From Octopus bimaculoides (Eukaryota): a stretch of 64,000 nt of DNA. Under the pieces are notes generated by a model. That model had not been told where the DNA came from, ran no database searches, and saw only the letters and a program-made list of their open reading frames with translations. The position numbers and the translations under genes are program-made. Below are positions 38,211 through 51,153 of the stretch, one piece after another. Positions within the stretch are counted from its first letter, which is position 1. The number at the start of each line of letters is the position of its first letter. Location: contig NC_069004.1 in NCBI RefSeq assembly GCF_001194135.2, positions 19,777,751 to 19,841,750 of the forward strand, in the 5' to 3' direction.

Positions 38211-38717
38211 CTGTCAGTACCTGAGGAAATTCCACAGTTATTTTGAAAATTGTACATTCTAGGGAAAATCCACGTAAGCAGTATCAAAAGGGCAATCAAT
38301 CAATCAATTTATCCATCCACCTATCTATCTACTTACCTACCTACCTTCCTACCTATTTATCTATCTGTCTCTCAGTAATTAATGGTGCAAAACTGAGTAA
38401 TACCATTTGGTTGATAACTGTGTCTGTCTTCTGTCCGTTTGTGCATTTAATATACATTATATGTTTTTACTTGTCGTTTGTGTATTTCCAATACATTTTT
38501 CATTTATTATGTATGTGTGTGTGTGTTCATCATGTCATCTTCTAGGTTTTACCTTGCCTATTGATACATGTTTAAAATTTACCTGAGAATGGTGGATTTA
38601 TGTGATGATGTAATTGGTGAATGCATCAATAAAATGCTACTGGAACAGCTGTAGCAAATTTTAAACCCTATGTGTGATCCTCTTTTCCATATATATGTGT
38701 GTGTATGTCTATCTCGC

Positions 38718-41150
38718 CATCATCATCATTTAATGTCTGTCTTACATGAATGCATGGGTAGGGACAGTTGAGAGGAGCCAGTCATGTAGAAGAGTACCCC
38801 AGGCTACTGTATCTGGCAGTGTTTTTATAGCTGGATGCCCTTCCTAACACCAACCACTCCACAGAGTGGACTCAGTGCTTTTTACATGGCACCAGCACAG
38901 GCAAGGTCAGTTTTTACAGCTGGATGCCCTTCCAAATGCCAACCACTTTAAAGTGTGAACTGGATGTTTTTATGTGGCACCAGCACTGGCAGGGTCACCA
39001 AGTAACTTGCAAGACAAGGAATTTTGAGAGGAGTTTTGGTGGGGTGAATTTGAGGAAGGGGTCTTGTGTCAGATGATGAAAAGTTAGAGTGTGACACAGA
39101 AATAGAGAGACGGCAACATGGTTACATGGAGGTACATGGTTACCCAGCTACAGAGAGAAGGAAGAGAGAGTAAGAAGAAGAGAGGGAGAGAGAGAGGTAC
39201 AAGACAGAGGGCAGAAACAGGTGTGTTGATGTAAAGGAGATACTTGGTTACCTAGCTAGAGGGAAGAGCAAGAGAAGGAGAGAGAGTGATCAAGAATGAG
39301 GACAGAAACAGGTGTGCTGCTGTAGAGGAGATACATGGCTACCCAGCCAGAGGGAAGAGCAAGGGAAAGAGAGAGTGGGAAACAACAAAAGTGCAAGAGA
39401 GAGCTGGAGAGAGATGATGGTGAAGTGCCAGGGTATTCTCACTAATAACAAGGGTTATAGCATAGATGTGATGGTAGAGTAAAGAAGACAGAGATAAATG
39501 GTGGCAATTGCCAGGACATGCCCTCAAGGTACAGAGGTCATAATATACACGGCCAAGAAGGCGCAAGTAGGAGTGGGGGTTACAGTGACTGGTGAAAACC
39601 TGGGTATAAACATGGGGTGGGTGAAAGCAGCAATGTAGGGAAGGGAAGTGGGAGCAGTCATAGTGTATGAATAGGAAATGTAAGGAAGAGAAAGATGCTG
39701 TTTAGAAGAGATGTAGTTCGGTTTCTTGGGGTAGGGTATGTGAAAAGTTTATTCCTACATGTGGGTGGAACACAACACTTCTAGTACCCAGTTTTGCTGA
39801 TGTGGGCAGCTAGAACCTCATATCACCAGATGTCTCAGTCCATTGTCGTTTCCTCTGTGAGTACTAACATCCTGAGATTAGTCCTCACTGCTTCATCCCA
39901 CATCTTCCTGGTTTTCTCTCTTCCAGAAGTACCATCCACTTTCAGTGACAGGCATATCTGTATTCAGCTGTCATATGTCCAAACCAATGCATTCTCCTTT
40001 CCTGCATGCCACATTTAATTCCTCTTATGCCTAGATTTTCTCTCAACACAGTTGCGCTTTGTCAGCCATGCACACTGATGTCGCAAATCCAACACAGCAT
40101 ACTACTTTCATTCCTGTCCTGTCTACACATGTCCTCTGCATTTAGAGCTCATGTCTCACTACCATGGAGTATAGCTGTTCTCACACAAGCATCATGCAAT
40201 CTACCTTTCACTCTGAGAGAGAGAGAGAGTCCTTTTGTTGCCAACAGAGGTAGTAGCTCTCTGAACTTCCTCCATCCTATTCTTATTCTAGAAACAATAC
40301 TTTCAGAGTATCCAGCACCAGTACTAATTTGGCCACCTAAGTAGCAGAAAGTATCTACAACCTTAAGAGAGCCTTCTGGACATTTGAGTGAGTCTAAGTC
40401 ACACATGCCCTTAGTGCTAATTGTTCCTGCACACCTGCCACACACGAAAGCAACCTTATCTGTTAACTACCTGTGATTCCACTGCATCTCTTATGCATCC
40501 ATAGTTTATACTGGGTGCAGGAAATGACTCTTTATCTATATACTGAACAGGGCCATTTACCTGATTGAAAGAGAGTCTGATCTGCTTTCTTGCTAACAAC
40601 GACTTTAGTTTTTCTAGGTTAACTTTAAGACACTTTGATTCCAGGTTTTGTTTCCATACCTGGAACTTCTTCAATTCTGCTTCAGATTCTGTAATAAGGG
40701 TGAAGTCATCAGCATATAGCAGTTCCCATGGGAACCACACCCATAACTGAAGAGTTCAAAAGTTCCACTTTTAAATTCTTCAGTTATGGCTTGGAGAACT
40801 ATAATGAATAAGAGTGGACTAAGAACTGATCTCTGGTGAACTCCAACTTGTACACTAAAGTAATCACTGTATTCAAGATCAACTCTGACCTTACTGATAG
40901 ACCCTCTGTACACAGCTTGTACAGCTCTAACAAACCACTCCTCTACTCTTAACTTCCTAAGAGACCACCAGATAAGAAAGTGGGGAACCCTATCAGAAGC
41001 TATCTCCAGGTCAATGAAAGCTAAGTACAATGATTTACTTTTGCCAAATACTTTTCTTGCAACTGTCTCATTAGGAAGATGGTATCTGTGGTACTTCTCC
41101 CAGGAACAAAACCAAACAGCATGTCATCTAGTTTTTACTGTCCAATTGTG
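38718..41150 (-). mobile_element. 5'-truncated RTE-clade LINE (RT to 3' tail), decayed
   Basis: FGFVPGRSTTDTIF, YLAFIDLE, VGVHQRSVLSPLLF, LLYADD; a purine-rich repetitive 3'UTR; a (GAT)n tail at 38718-29 shared with one SINE family. Confidence 0.88.
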
Positions 41151-42829
41151 TGTTTGCAACAGAGTTTGTTCCTAATGCAGAAAAAAAACCATCTTGGCCC
41201 GTGGAGCCAACCCATATTTATATAAACACAAGCTTCTCCCGCTCTAGGTCTTTGAACCAGCCAGTCTCACAGCTGTCTTCAACCAGTTGTTGCCCGTCTT
41301 CATTGTTGCAGCAACAGACAGTAGATCACAGACACGTTACCAAATCTAACAGAACTGAAGTCATTTGAATGTTTGTTCCAGACAGTAATATTAACATCAT
41401 TCCTGAAAACTTATTTAAATAAAAGGGGTCCTTGGAAGTGAAAAGGTTGGGAACTACTGCCTTAAGACATAGTCATGTGGTTAAAAAGTTTACCTCATTA
41501 CAACATAGTTCAGGGTTCTATCTCACCGTGTATTCTTCTGTAGTTCTGCAATGTGTGTGGAATTTGGAAGCAGTTAGATGAGAGAAAGTCTGCTGTGCAT
41601 GCAAGTCTTTCAGGTATGAAATTCCACTCGCAACATATCCCAAAACTGTTGTAGAATACACCAAGTCTGCTGTGTAATGCCTTGTACCCTAAATGACATT
41701 GTTGTGAAACAAACTTCTTTAGCACACGACTATCTGTACCTTACACCTATTTCACTGACAATAACACCTAGTATTTTTTTCTTTTTTTTCCATTCACATT
41801 TGTGTTTTCTTCAATTTTGGATTTGTATTTTGATGTGGTTTTGTATTATATATGTATTGTATATTTAGCTGGATGTTTATAAAGTTTCTCTTGGTTTACT
41901 ACGGAATGTTGCATATAACATGTGCTGCATGTTAACTCTTGGAAATAATACAAGAAACAAACTTTAAAATGACAGTGAGACTTTATTCCTCTTGTAACAA
42001 GAACAGTTGATAGGTCACAATTTATAATGACGTGGTGTGGAAAGGAAAACGATAAGATTTGAATAAGTTGAAAAAGCAACGATTTAATGTTNNNNNNNNN
42101 NNNNNNNNNNNNNNNNNNNNNNNNNNNNNNNNNNNNNNNNNNNNNNNNNNNNNNNNNNNNNNNNNNNNNNNNNNNNNNNNNNNNNNNNNNNNNNNNNNNN
42201 NNNNNNNNNNNNNNNNNNNNNNNNNNNNNNNNNNNNNNNNNNNNTAAATAAACAAATGATAATATGAAAGAATGAAAATGAGGCGCAATGCCCACTCAAC
42301 TCCTGAAGTCGAGTGATTACTTTTTCATTTCCAACGTTCACATATATACATTATTTTTCACAGTCTTTCTTTTTTTTTTTTACTCCCCAAAGTTCACATT
42401 AGTATTTTCCCAATCTTTCCTTTTTTCAAATAAAAAGTTCTTTTACCTTGGTATCTCTGTTCTTTTCAACCTCTCGTATTCCACTACAGAAGGTGGATTC
42501 TCATACAACCAGAACTCATCTACCATTTTCAAATGTTCAAAAAAGGTACCCATAAATCTCTCATATTTTTCATCAGGTATCCAAACACCTCTATCATCCA
42601 TATCAAATTCCTCCCTTGGCAGCTTCACTCTCACCAGTCCCTTTCATTTCGCATTTTTTTCTCTGCATCCACACTCTTCCCATACACTACCAAGAAACTT
42701 TTTTCTCCAATTTTTTTCCTACAATTTTTTTTCTCCACAACATCATACCTTCAAAGCAATGAGACTGGAAAGCTACATTATTATTGCCAATTTTCAGATT
42801 TTTTACTGTCTTTTAAAAAATGCATATTT

Positions 42830-42960
42830 TGCGAATGAAAAGAACTAGATCCTACATATCTCTTTTCCGGGACCCTGAAGGAGGATCTATGGTTGGAGAG
42901 ATGTTTCTTGAAGGAAGTTCCTGCACATCCAGTGTATTTCCTTCGATGTGTGGAGTTGGT
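42830..42960 (-). mobile_element. Penelope-like GIY-YIG fragment
   Basis: KYTGCAGTSFKKHLSNHRSSFRVPEKR resembles the PLE YIG..T.FK.R..NH.SSF pattern. Confidence 0.6.
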
Positions 42961-43425
42961 GTCGTGCCTGCTATTGCTGCTGCTGCCGCTGCTACTACTA
43001 CTGCTGCTATCAGTGTTGCTGTTGTGATTGTAAATAAATGGAGTGAAATGCTGAAAGTTATGTGTAGCCGAATGCATGGAAATCCTGAAAAACTCACACA
43101 TAGCAGGGAACATAATGAACTACAGAACAGAGATTTTCAGGCCGTGCTTGCATTTCAGGAAATTCCTATTAGCGTTTTGGGAACTGCATAATAACAATAA
43201 TAGTGGTATTAGTGATAATATTTACACCACGGCTAGAAATTGATTGCTGATGAGAGTGGGAGATAACCTTCTACTATCTACCCTCACAGCCGACAGGTGG
43301 TGTAGCTGAAGGAGGATGACATAGCCAGAAGCCGATGACCACCAGAAGAGGGAGATGACCCCCATTGTTTATATCTGGTTCGTTTCCCCCTCCTTACTTT
43401 AAAGAGGCCATAAGCCAACAAGTCT

Positions 43426-43485
43426 TAGGGTCTGATGATACACCGTAAAGATACTCTTTATGGCAAGAAACACAGGGTAACCCTA
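43426..43485 (+). ncRNA. Candidate type I (minimal, Penelope-associated) hammerhead ribozyme, possibly degenerate
   Basis: Stem I TAGGGT(43426-31)/ACCCTA(43480-85); core CTGATGA 43432-38; stem II with a 9-bp helix; GAAA 43467-70; 2-bp stem III; GTA triplet 43477-79. Confidence 0.5.
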
Positions 43486-43655
43486 TAAACAGACCTTCAC
43501 CAGTAATAAATATATATATATATATAATAAGAGTAGAAATTAATATTAAATAATATCAATTTCAACCAGTGGTCAGCATACTTAAAAAACATCCAAAGAT
43601 CGTGAATTCTATTTAAATATAAACAATAGGAGAGACCACTAAGTGGATTCCTTGT

Positions 43656-43781
43656 ATGCTAAAAATAGTCATCAAACTGTCTTACCACGAAATCTGTGTT
43701 CTCAAATTAAACATCTAGCCTTGTACTAATTTGAGAACACAGATTTCGTGGTAAGACAGTTTGGACGTCTATTTTTAGCAT
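43656..43781. repeat. Long inverted repeat (hairpin) abutting a gap
   Basis: Perfect 36-bp inner arms 43674-43709 / 43727-43762, plus 13-bp outer arms separated by a mismatch bubble. Confidence 0.9.
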
Positions 43782-44723
43782 NNNNNNNNNNAATACTTCC
43801 TTTTTTTGAGCTGAGATTCGAAACTGAATCTAAGGATTTTCATTTGTCTGATCCACTATTGGCCAAACAGGCACGAAATAACTTTCTTTGTCCTGTCAAA
43901 AAGTGATGGATGGATTCCTCTTCAACCTGAACTGTGTCATTTAAGGTTCAGGTGGACAGGAGGCAACCTACATAGGTAGAAATTGCTCCTGTGGTATGTC
44001 TGTCCTTCTAGCTTTCATGACCATTATAAATACAGACAGACACGACAGTGGACAGATAGCCATCAACCGGCAATCCGTCAAGAGAGTGCAGATAGCCATC
44101 ACTAGGTGAATGATTAAGAGACAAGCAGACAGCCAGCAGTTAACTTGTGCCAGTCAAGCAGCCAACAGAGAACCACATATTCAGCATGAACGACCCAACA
44201 CAGTAGCAGTCGCAGAACACAAACAGACCCGACTGAATGACCAACGCACACACAGACATAAAACATGCCTGGTTCTACCTCATCACATCGACACAGTATT
44301 TCCCCTGTTTATTTTCTACTTTGCCAACTCGAAGCAAGTTGGTAATGTCATGTAGTGAATTTTCTGGTGTATACAACACGTAAATGCAAGTGTCGATTAA
44401 ATAAATTATTTAAATCACAATCTGATGCTTTCCCATTGTTTTACTTTGATGTCGTCCACAGGCCTAGTTCATCTGTTACCTCAACAGCATCTTTTGCTAC
44501 ACCATCCCGCTACAATGATAATAATAAATCTAAAACTATATGTAATATATAGATGTAAAGTAACATCCAAGGGAAATGAATACTTATACATCGGTGCAGC
44601 TGCACTAATTTTCAAAAGACTGGTTAATCACTTAAATTCATTTAAATATAAAAATAAAAAATCTCAAACAAGTCTAAGTAGGTTAATCTGGTCTATTAAA
44701 GACAGAAACAAAGACTATACTAT

Positions 44724-45169
44724 TGTTACACGTTCATATCTATATGTATGCATAGGTATTTCGAAACGCCAGTGTTTTAATGGTGGCGGCTGATGAAGGA
44801 TATGTTCTCTATGTGGCCTGCTTGTTTTTTGTAACTTGTTTATCATTTTGTCCATGTTTTTTTGCCACGTCATATACCCAGATATGTATCTATATGTACA
44901 TGTAGATGAAGATATGTACATACATGTACATATATATGCATATACTCATATATTGTTTATATATGAATACCTCTCCACTATTAGTACTATTTTGTTAAGC
45001 GCATCTAGTAAATAGTATGAACTGCATCTAAGGCGGATACGCACAGTGTATATCACTCCGCTATACATATACAGTTTGTAAACATGCCAAGTAAATAAAC
45101 ACGTAGAATCATAACAATGCCTTCAGTGAGTTGTTTATTATCCCATCAAGAACAAATGAATACATAACA
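44724..45169 (+). repeat. 5' LTR (446 bp, with ~190 bp extra segment)
   Basis: TGTTACACGTTC...TACATAACA; matches 48988-49239. Confidence 0.92.
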
Positions 45170-45180
45170 TGGTGGCAGCG
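45170..45180 (+). other. Primer-binding site complementary to the tRNA-Leu 3' end
   Basis: TGGTGGCAGCG immediately follows the LTR and is the reverse complement of ...CGCTGCCACCA, the 3' end of metazoan tRNA-Leu(AAG/TAG) as recalled. Confidence 0.75.
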
Positions 45181-45376
45181 ATAAATACTTAATCGAAAAC
45201 CNNNNNNNNNNNNNNNNNNNNNNNNNNNNNNNNNNNNNNNNNNNNNNNNNNNNNNNNNNNNNNNNNNNNNNNNNNNNNNNNNNNNNNNNNNNNNNNNNNN
45301 NNNNNNNNNNNNNNNNNNNNNNNNNNNNNNNNNNNNNNNNNNNNNNNNNNNNNNNNNNNNNNNNNNNNNNNNNNNN

Positions 45377-48300
45377 CACCTAGAGCCCAGATCAAACCAT
45401 AGAATTCATAGGTACGAATTCCAGGGCCTGAAACAAGACCCACAAGAAACGATTGACAACTTCCTGTCCAGACTAAAGAATGTTGCCGAGAAGTGCAAAT
45501 TCAAAGACAAGGACGAAAGGATTGTTGATCAACTTATATGGGGGTGTGCTCATAAAGAAGTCCAGAAATCCCTCATTGGTAAGGACGCTCTCCAGTTGGC
45601 AGAAGCAGTAGACACTGCAAGAGTATTTGAAGCCACTACCAAACAAATGGCCTCACTTACTTTACAAACAAACATGATAGCAGCAGTGTAGATATTGTAT
45701 CTAGACATAGGACGAAACATACCCACAAATAGAGAACATATCAGTACTGTGGTACAGATCATGAGTTCAATGACCGGAGGAAATATCCTGCATTTGGTAC
45801 ACACTGGAAAAAATGTGTAGACTAACAAAATCTCACAAATACAAGCCCCAATGTTCAAAGAGGAGCGGAAAGAGAAGACAAAGAGATATACATGCCCAAC
45901 AACAGGAAGAAAACACCTCAGAGGAGGAATTCTTGGCAGTCGGCACAATAAATGTACATGAGATGGGAAATGATAACCAGAAAAAAAATGAGGCATACAC
46001 AACAATACAAATCCAAAAGAAATCAGGCAAGAAATGAATAAACATTGACTTAAAGCTAAAGATTGACACTGGAGCCCAGAGTGATATCTTACCTGTTAAC
46101 CTCTACAAAAAGATGTTCCCAGAACACAAGATACAAGAAGTCAACGAAGGAATCCTCACACCAAGTGATGTAATCCTCACTGCATATGGAGGTACCAGGA
46201 TTCCACAACTGGGCAAAACAACCATCACAGGGACACACAAAGAAAAAATAATCAAGTGTTCTTTTTATGTTACAAGAACCGAAGGACCTGCAATTCTTGG
46301 ACTTGATACTTGTCAAAAGCTTAATATCGTGTCAATCAATGGTGAAGTGAAAGCAGCTCTGAGCAGGATTGACAGAGATATGCCTATCAAAGACCGACCA
46401 CCAATCACAAATAAAGAAGACCTGATAAGCATGTACCCAGAATGATTTGATGATACAGTTGGGTGTTTTGAGAAATGTTGATACCATATAACAGTTGATC
46501 CCAATGCCCAACCAATTGTTCACCCACCTCGCCACGTTCCACTAGAATTAAAGGAGAAGCTGAATGTAGAGTTAGACAGAATGGAAAAAAAAGAAATAAT
46601 TACCAAAGTGACATGACCAACTGACTGGGTGAATTCAATTGTAATCAAAGAAACCCAATGGTACCCTACAAATATGCCTCGACCCAAGGGATCTGAACAA
46701 GGCTTTAAAACGAGATTACTATCCAATTCCAATCCTTGAAGAAATCACACCATCATTAGCTGAATCAGCAAACTGGATGCCAATAATGGGTACTGGAATG
46801 TTAAGACAGACAAAGAATCATTGATGCTAACTACCTTCAACACACCATTTGGCAGATACCGATTCAACTGACTCCCATTTGGATTGAAAGTGAGCCAAGA
46901 TGTTTTCCAGTGCCAAATAGATGAGACCTACCAAGGTGGCAATGGAGCAATTGGGATAGCAGACGATATCCAAGTGCAAGGCAAGGATGAAATCACACAT
47001 GACTTCAATTTACATGAAGCTATGGAGAAAACCTGACAAGCAGGTATCAAACTCAATGCAGACAAGTGTGTGATCAAAGCAAAAGAGTGCAAATTCTTTG
47101 GAATGATATACTCTGCAGAGGGAGTGAAACCAGACCCCGCTAAAGTGGAAGCCATCAGAGATATCAAAGAACCCAAAGATAAGAAGGAACTCAGAAGCTT
47201 CCTGGGACTCATCAACTACATGGGAGCCATCATACCCAAGCTGGCCGATCACACTGCAAATCTCCGAGAACTAAACAAAGATGACGTAGAGTTTGATTGG
47301 TGTGCTTCACACACACAGGATTTCAACGCAATCAAAAAGCTCATCAGTAAAGAGACAACTCTGCAGCATTATGATAGATGCAAGCCAGTAAAGCTCCAAG
47401 TTGATGCTTCTATGAGAGGAGTTGGCGCAGCATTAATACAAGAAGGCAAACCTATTGCATTTGCCTCGAAAGCTCTCTCACCCACAGAGACAAGGTATGC
47501 GAACATTGAAAGGGAACTCCTGGCAGTAGTATATGGCTGTGAAAAATTCCATACATACTTGTATGGCAGACATTTCAATATTGAATCAGACCATCGGCCG
47601 CTAGAACAAACAGACAAAAAGAACCTCACAAAATCACCAGCCAGACTGCAAAGGCTACTGTTGAGGCTCCAAAAATACGACTACAATAACAGGTACATGC
47701 CAAGAAAGGACCTGATATTGGCAGATGCTCTTTCCAGGCTGTCCTCACATAATAAACAGGAGATGGAAGGACTAAGGTCCACCACATTGCAAATGTGACA
47801 AACACAAAGCTGGAACAAATCAAAGAGGAGGCCAGCAAAGATGAACTCCAGTTCCTTACTCAGATGGTGATTCAGGGGTGGCCAGAGAAGAGACATCAGG
47901 TGCAGCCCCTCATTCATGAATATTGGGTCATCCATGATGACACATCAGTGGAGAATGGAATCCTGATGGCTGGATCCTGAATAATTATGACCAAATCAAT
48001 GCAAAAGATCAACCAAGGGCATCTGGGAATGGAAAAATGCAATCTCCAAGCCAAGTCAGCTGTGTATTGGGTAGGCATGTATAAAGACATAGAGAAGATG
48101 GTCTCTACATGCCACATCTGTCAAAAGTACAGAAACTCACAACAAAATTAGGAAATTATATCCAGTGACATTCCAAGAAGGCCATGGCAAGCTATTGGAG
48201 TAGATCTGTTCACAGAGAACCAAGAATGGTACTTGATTATGGTCTGCTTCTACTCCAAATTCCCATTTGTGAGAAAAGTGAAAGACCTGAGAGCCAAAAC

Positions 48301-48460
48301 AATAACTACAGTGGCTCGAGGACTTGTAGCAGAGCAAGGAATACCAGAGCAGATCATATGTGACAATGGAACCCAGTTCACATCTCAGGAATTCAAAAAG
48401 CTAGCTGATGAGTATGGGTTCAACATTGTAACCTCATCAGTAGAGCCGAAACTCCAAGAG
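45377..48460 (+). pseudogene. gag-pol with stops and frameshifts; integrase truncated
   Basis: Gag QETIDNFLSRLK; protease KIDTGAQSDIL; RT FNTPFGRYRF...IADDI; RNase H LQVDAS...YANIERELLAVV; integrase GHLGMEKC...CHIC and IICDNGTQFTS. Confidence 0.93.
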
Positions 48461-48987
48461 CATATATTATAGAAACTGAATCTGGTAGGCAGCTGAGACG
48501 TAACAGGGCCCACATCCGCCCAACACCAAAGCTATCGAGGATAACATGTGCAACACCTGCAGCATCAGTGACAACANNNNNNNNNNCCACATCCGCCCAA
48601 CACCAAAGCTATCGAGGATAACATGTGCAACACCTGCAGCATCAGTGACAACACCAACAAGAACCACAACATGCACAGCAGATGACGGCACACACAGAAT
48701 CTGTGCTTCCACAGAATCATCACCCCAACACACTTCAGACACCAGTGGAGACCACAAGATCCACCGTATCGAGACCGAACATTTTACTACCGATTTGATA
48801 CCGTTAAAAGAAGAAAAAAAACAAACTATTTATGCTAGATTAGGAAGCAGAAAACCACGTGTGTGGGCAGAATAATCTCACGGTTTCTGCTGCAGGATTG
48901 CCACCCTTGCGCTGACAATCCATTAGTGTAAGGGAGATTACTTTTATTTTTTTCATTGCTAAAAGATTCTTTTCTTTCAAGAAGGGA

Positions 48988-49239
48988 TGTTACACGTTCA
49001 TATCTATGTGTATGCGTAGGTATACGTATATATGAATACATCCCCACTATTAGTACTATTTTGTTAAGCGCATCTAGTAAACAGTATGAACTGCGTCTAA
49101 GGCGGATACGCACAGTGTATATCACTCCGCTATGCATATACAGTTTGTAAACATGCCAAGTAAATAAACACGTAGAATCTTAATAATGCCTTCAGTGAGT
49201 TGTTTATTATTCCAACACGAACCAAAAGAATACACAACA
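48988..49239 (+). repeat. 3' LTR (252 bp)
   Basis: TGTTACACGTTC...TACACAACA followed by the TSD. Confidence 0.92.
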
Positions 49240-51153
49240 ACTATCAACTGGAAATTAATTAGACTGCAAAACCATACAGATCAGGAACTAATAAATGTGA
49301 CCAATATATAAAAGAATTTTACCCATTTTCTTTTTACATCTGAGGGTACTATAATAAATTCTAGACAAGAACAAGCTTTAAGATGCTTGCATATGAGAAA
49401 ATTTGCCTTTGCTCAATATAAATGGGTTATAAATATTTAAACAACAAGATTTTCTGAAATAACTGACAATAAGGAACAAACAAGTGATTATCTGGTCAAT
49501 ACTTAGAATTGAAGATAGTTCACATCTAAATTAACATACAACTCTGCATCACTGGAGGCAAAGAAAATCGACAGAAAACTTTAATCAGTTAAATGTCAAA
49601 GGATATTAAAGTGAAGACTCTAAAGAAACTGCATGGGTATTATAGTAAGGTTGCAATTGCAACGGTTACTAACCAATGCAGTAGAAACATATGTAGGTCT
49701 AAACCCCAAACCCTAACTCTCACCCTAGTGCTTCTCAAACTTTCATTTTTGAATTTCTGAGATTAATTGTTTCCATAAACTGAACTACAGTAGTATAACA
49801 TAGTTTTTTAATAATGTATCTTACGGTTTGATCTTCAAAACCCGGTGTTGTAATATATCGCTTTCAATTTGTTTCAATTTGTCATGCAGAAAAAGCCAGC
49901 TTCCAAATCCTGTTTTCTGATTGGGTAAAAACAACCAAACTTTAAACCTCTGTAACATTTTTCTAATTTTTTTCTCACATAAATGAATAACATCAGATTC
50001 AGCCTGAAATTTTACATCAATATACCAAATTTTAAAATTTCAAGAAGTGAAAGCCAAACAAAAAAGATCTGTTTCTTCTTTTGAATAAATTGCGCGATGT
50101 CTTTTAACCAGAAATTTATCAAGTTTTTCTCATTGTTTTGGTGTGCTATTTTCTATCATTAATAAAAATGTGGGCATTTCTTTTTACAGCATTCTTGTAT
50201 CTTAATATAAAAAGCTGAAGTTGTGTGTCTGTGTGTAGCCTTTTTAAAAGTTTATAGAAATCCACATTTTCCACTTTTTTGTGAAAATTTTTACATCAAT
50301 GGAATTTTCTCGATGTGAACTTTCTAGTGCAGTAATTAGATTTTTAAAATTCTGTTTACTTCATGTGATTTAAAGGAGATTTGGCTTTTGTTTCTAGCAA
50401 CTTTTATATTTCTTCCATTCTATCTGTACCGGCGTTTTTACACATCGATCATGCGCTCAACATATAATTAGAGAGAGTAAGAGTAAAAGAGGGAGAGAGA
50501 CAGAGAAAGTGATACATACAAAGTCATAGATTAACTTGGTTTAAGACTATTCTTTCCTTTTATCTACCTTTTCACTCTTACTTTGTTCTTCTTCCACTCT
50601 CCCATTTAATAGCTTTCTTCTCTCCTACCTCTAACTATCCACGTGACCTGGTCATCTGGGGCTTATTGCCATTTCTCTGCTTCAAGCATTGTCTGCATGT
50701 TCAGCGTCCTTGTCTCCTCTTAGTATTTTTTTACATATTTTTCATAACATAGAAATGTAAAAACACACACAACCACACATACGTGATCTGTGACAACATA
50801 CACATAAATACACATACACATCAACATTATAGATATAAGATTTAGTTTGTGTGTTTCTTATATAAACATGCACACGCATTGCTATTTTATAACTGTCTTC
50901 CGTTCTCCCTTCCTCTCTCTTCATTGCTCCCGTTCTCTATTCCTTTCTCTCCCTCTTCTCACTCGCTCTCTCAAACACGCGCACGTACACACAAGCATTC
51001 ACTACAATATAACTAGATCTTACTTTACTACATGTTCGTCAATGTTTTGTAAATATACAAACTACGGAGCTTATGTAGACAGGACAACACATTGCGAATC
51101 AGTGAACTTCATTAGAAATGTGAAAACTACCTACCCTGCCATCTGTTATAACT

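Larger units (their letters stand above)
44724..49239 (+). mobile_element. Ty3/gypsy LTR retrotransposon (probably Mag group), decayed provirus
   Basis: TG...CA LTRs, 5-bp TSD ACTAT (44719-23 / 49240-44), PBS, PPT-like AAGAAGGGA, and domain order gag-PR-RT-RH-IN. Confidence 0.95.
44525..49420 (+). mobile_element. Penelope-like GIY-YIG relic split by the gypsy insertion (44525-44723 + 49240-49420)
   Basis: VIYRCKVTS...YLYIGAA...NHLNSF...SLSRLIWSIKDRNKDYTI|NWKLIR...KPYRSGTNKC; the frame continues across the removed provirus and one TSD copy. Confidence 0.8.

Noticed and set aside
43930-44500. Possible solo LTR (TATAAA at ~44027, AATAAA at ~44400)
   Set aside because: I could not define TG...CA ends with a matching TSD.
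48510-48653. Exact 67-bp tandem duplication in the gypsy 3' region
   Set aside because: The copies flank a 10-N gap, typical of an unmerged contig overlap.
49700-49728. Degenerate CCCTAA-like run
   Set aside because: Only one exact unit; not distinguishable from chance or an unrelated repeat.
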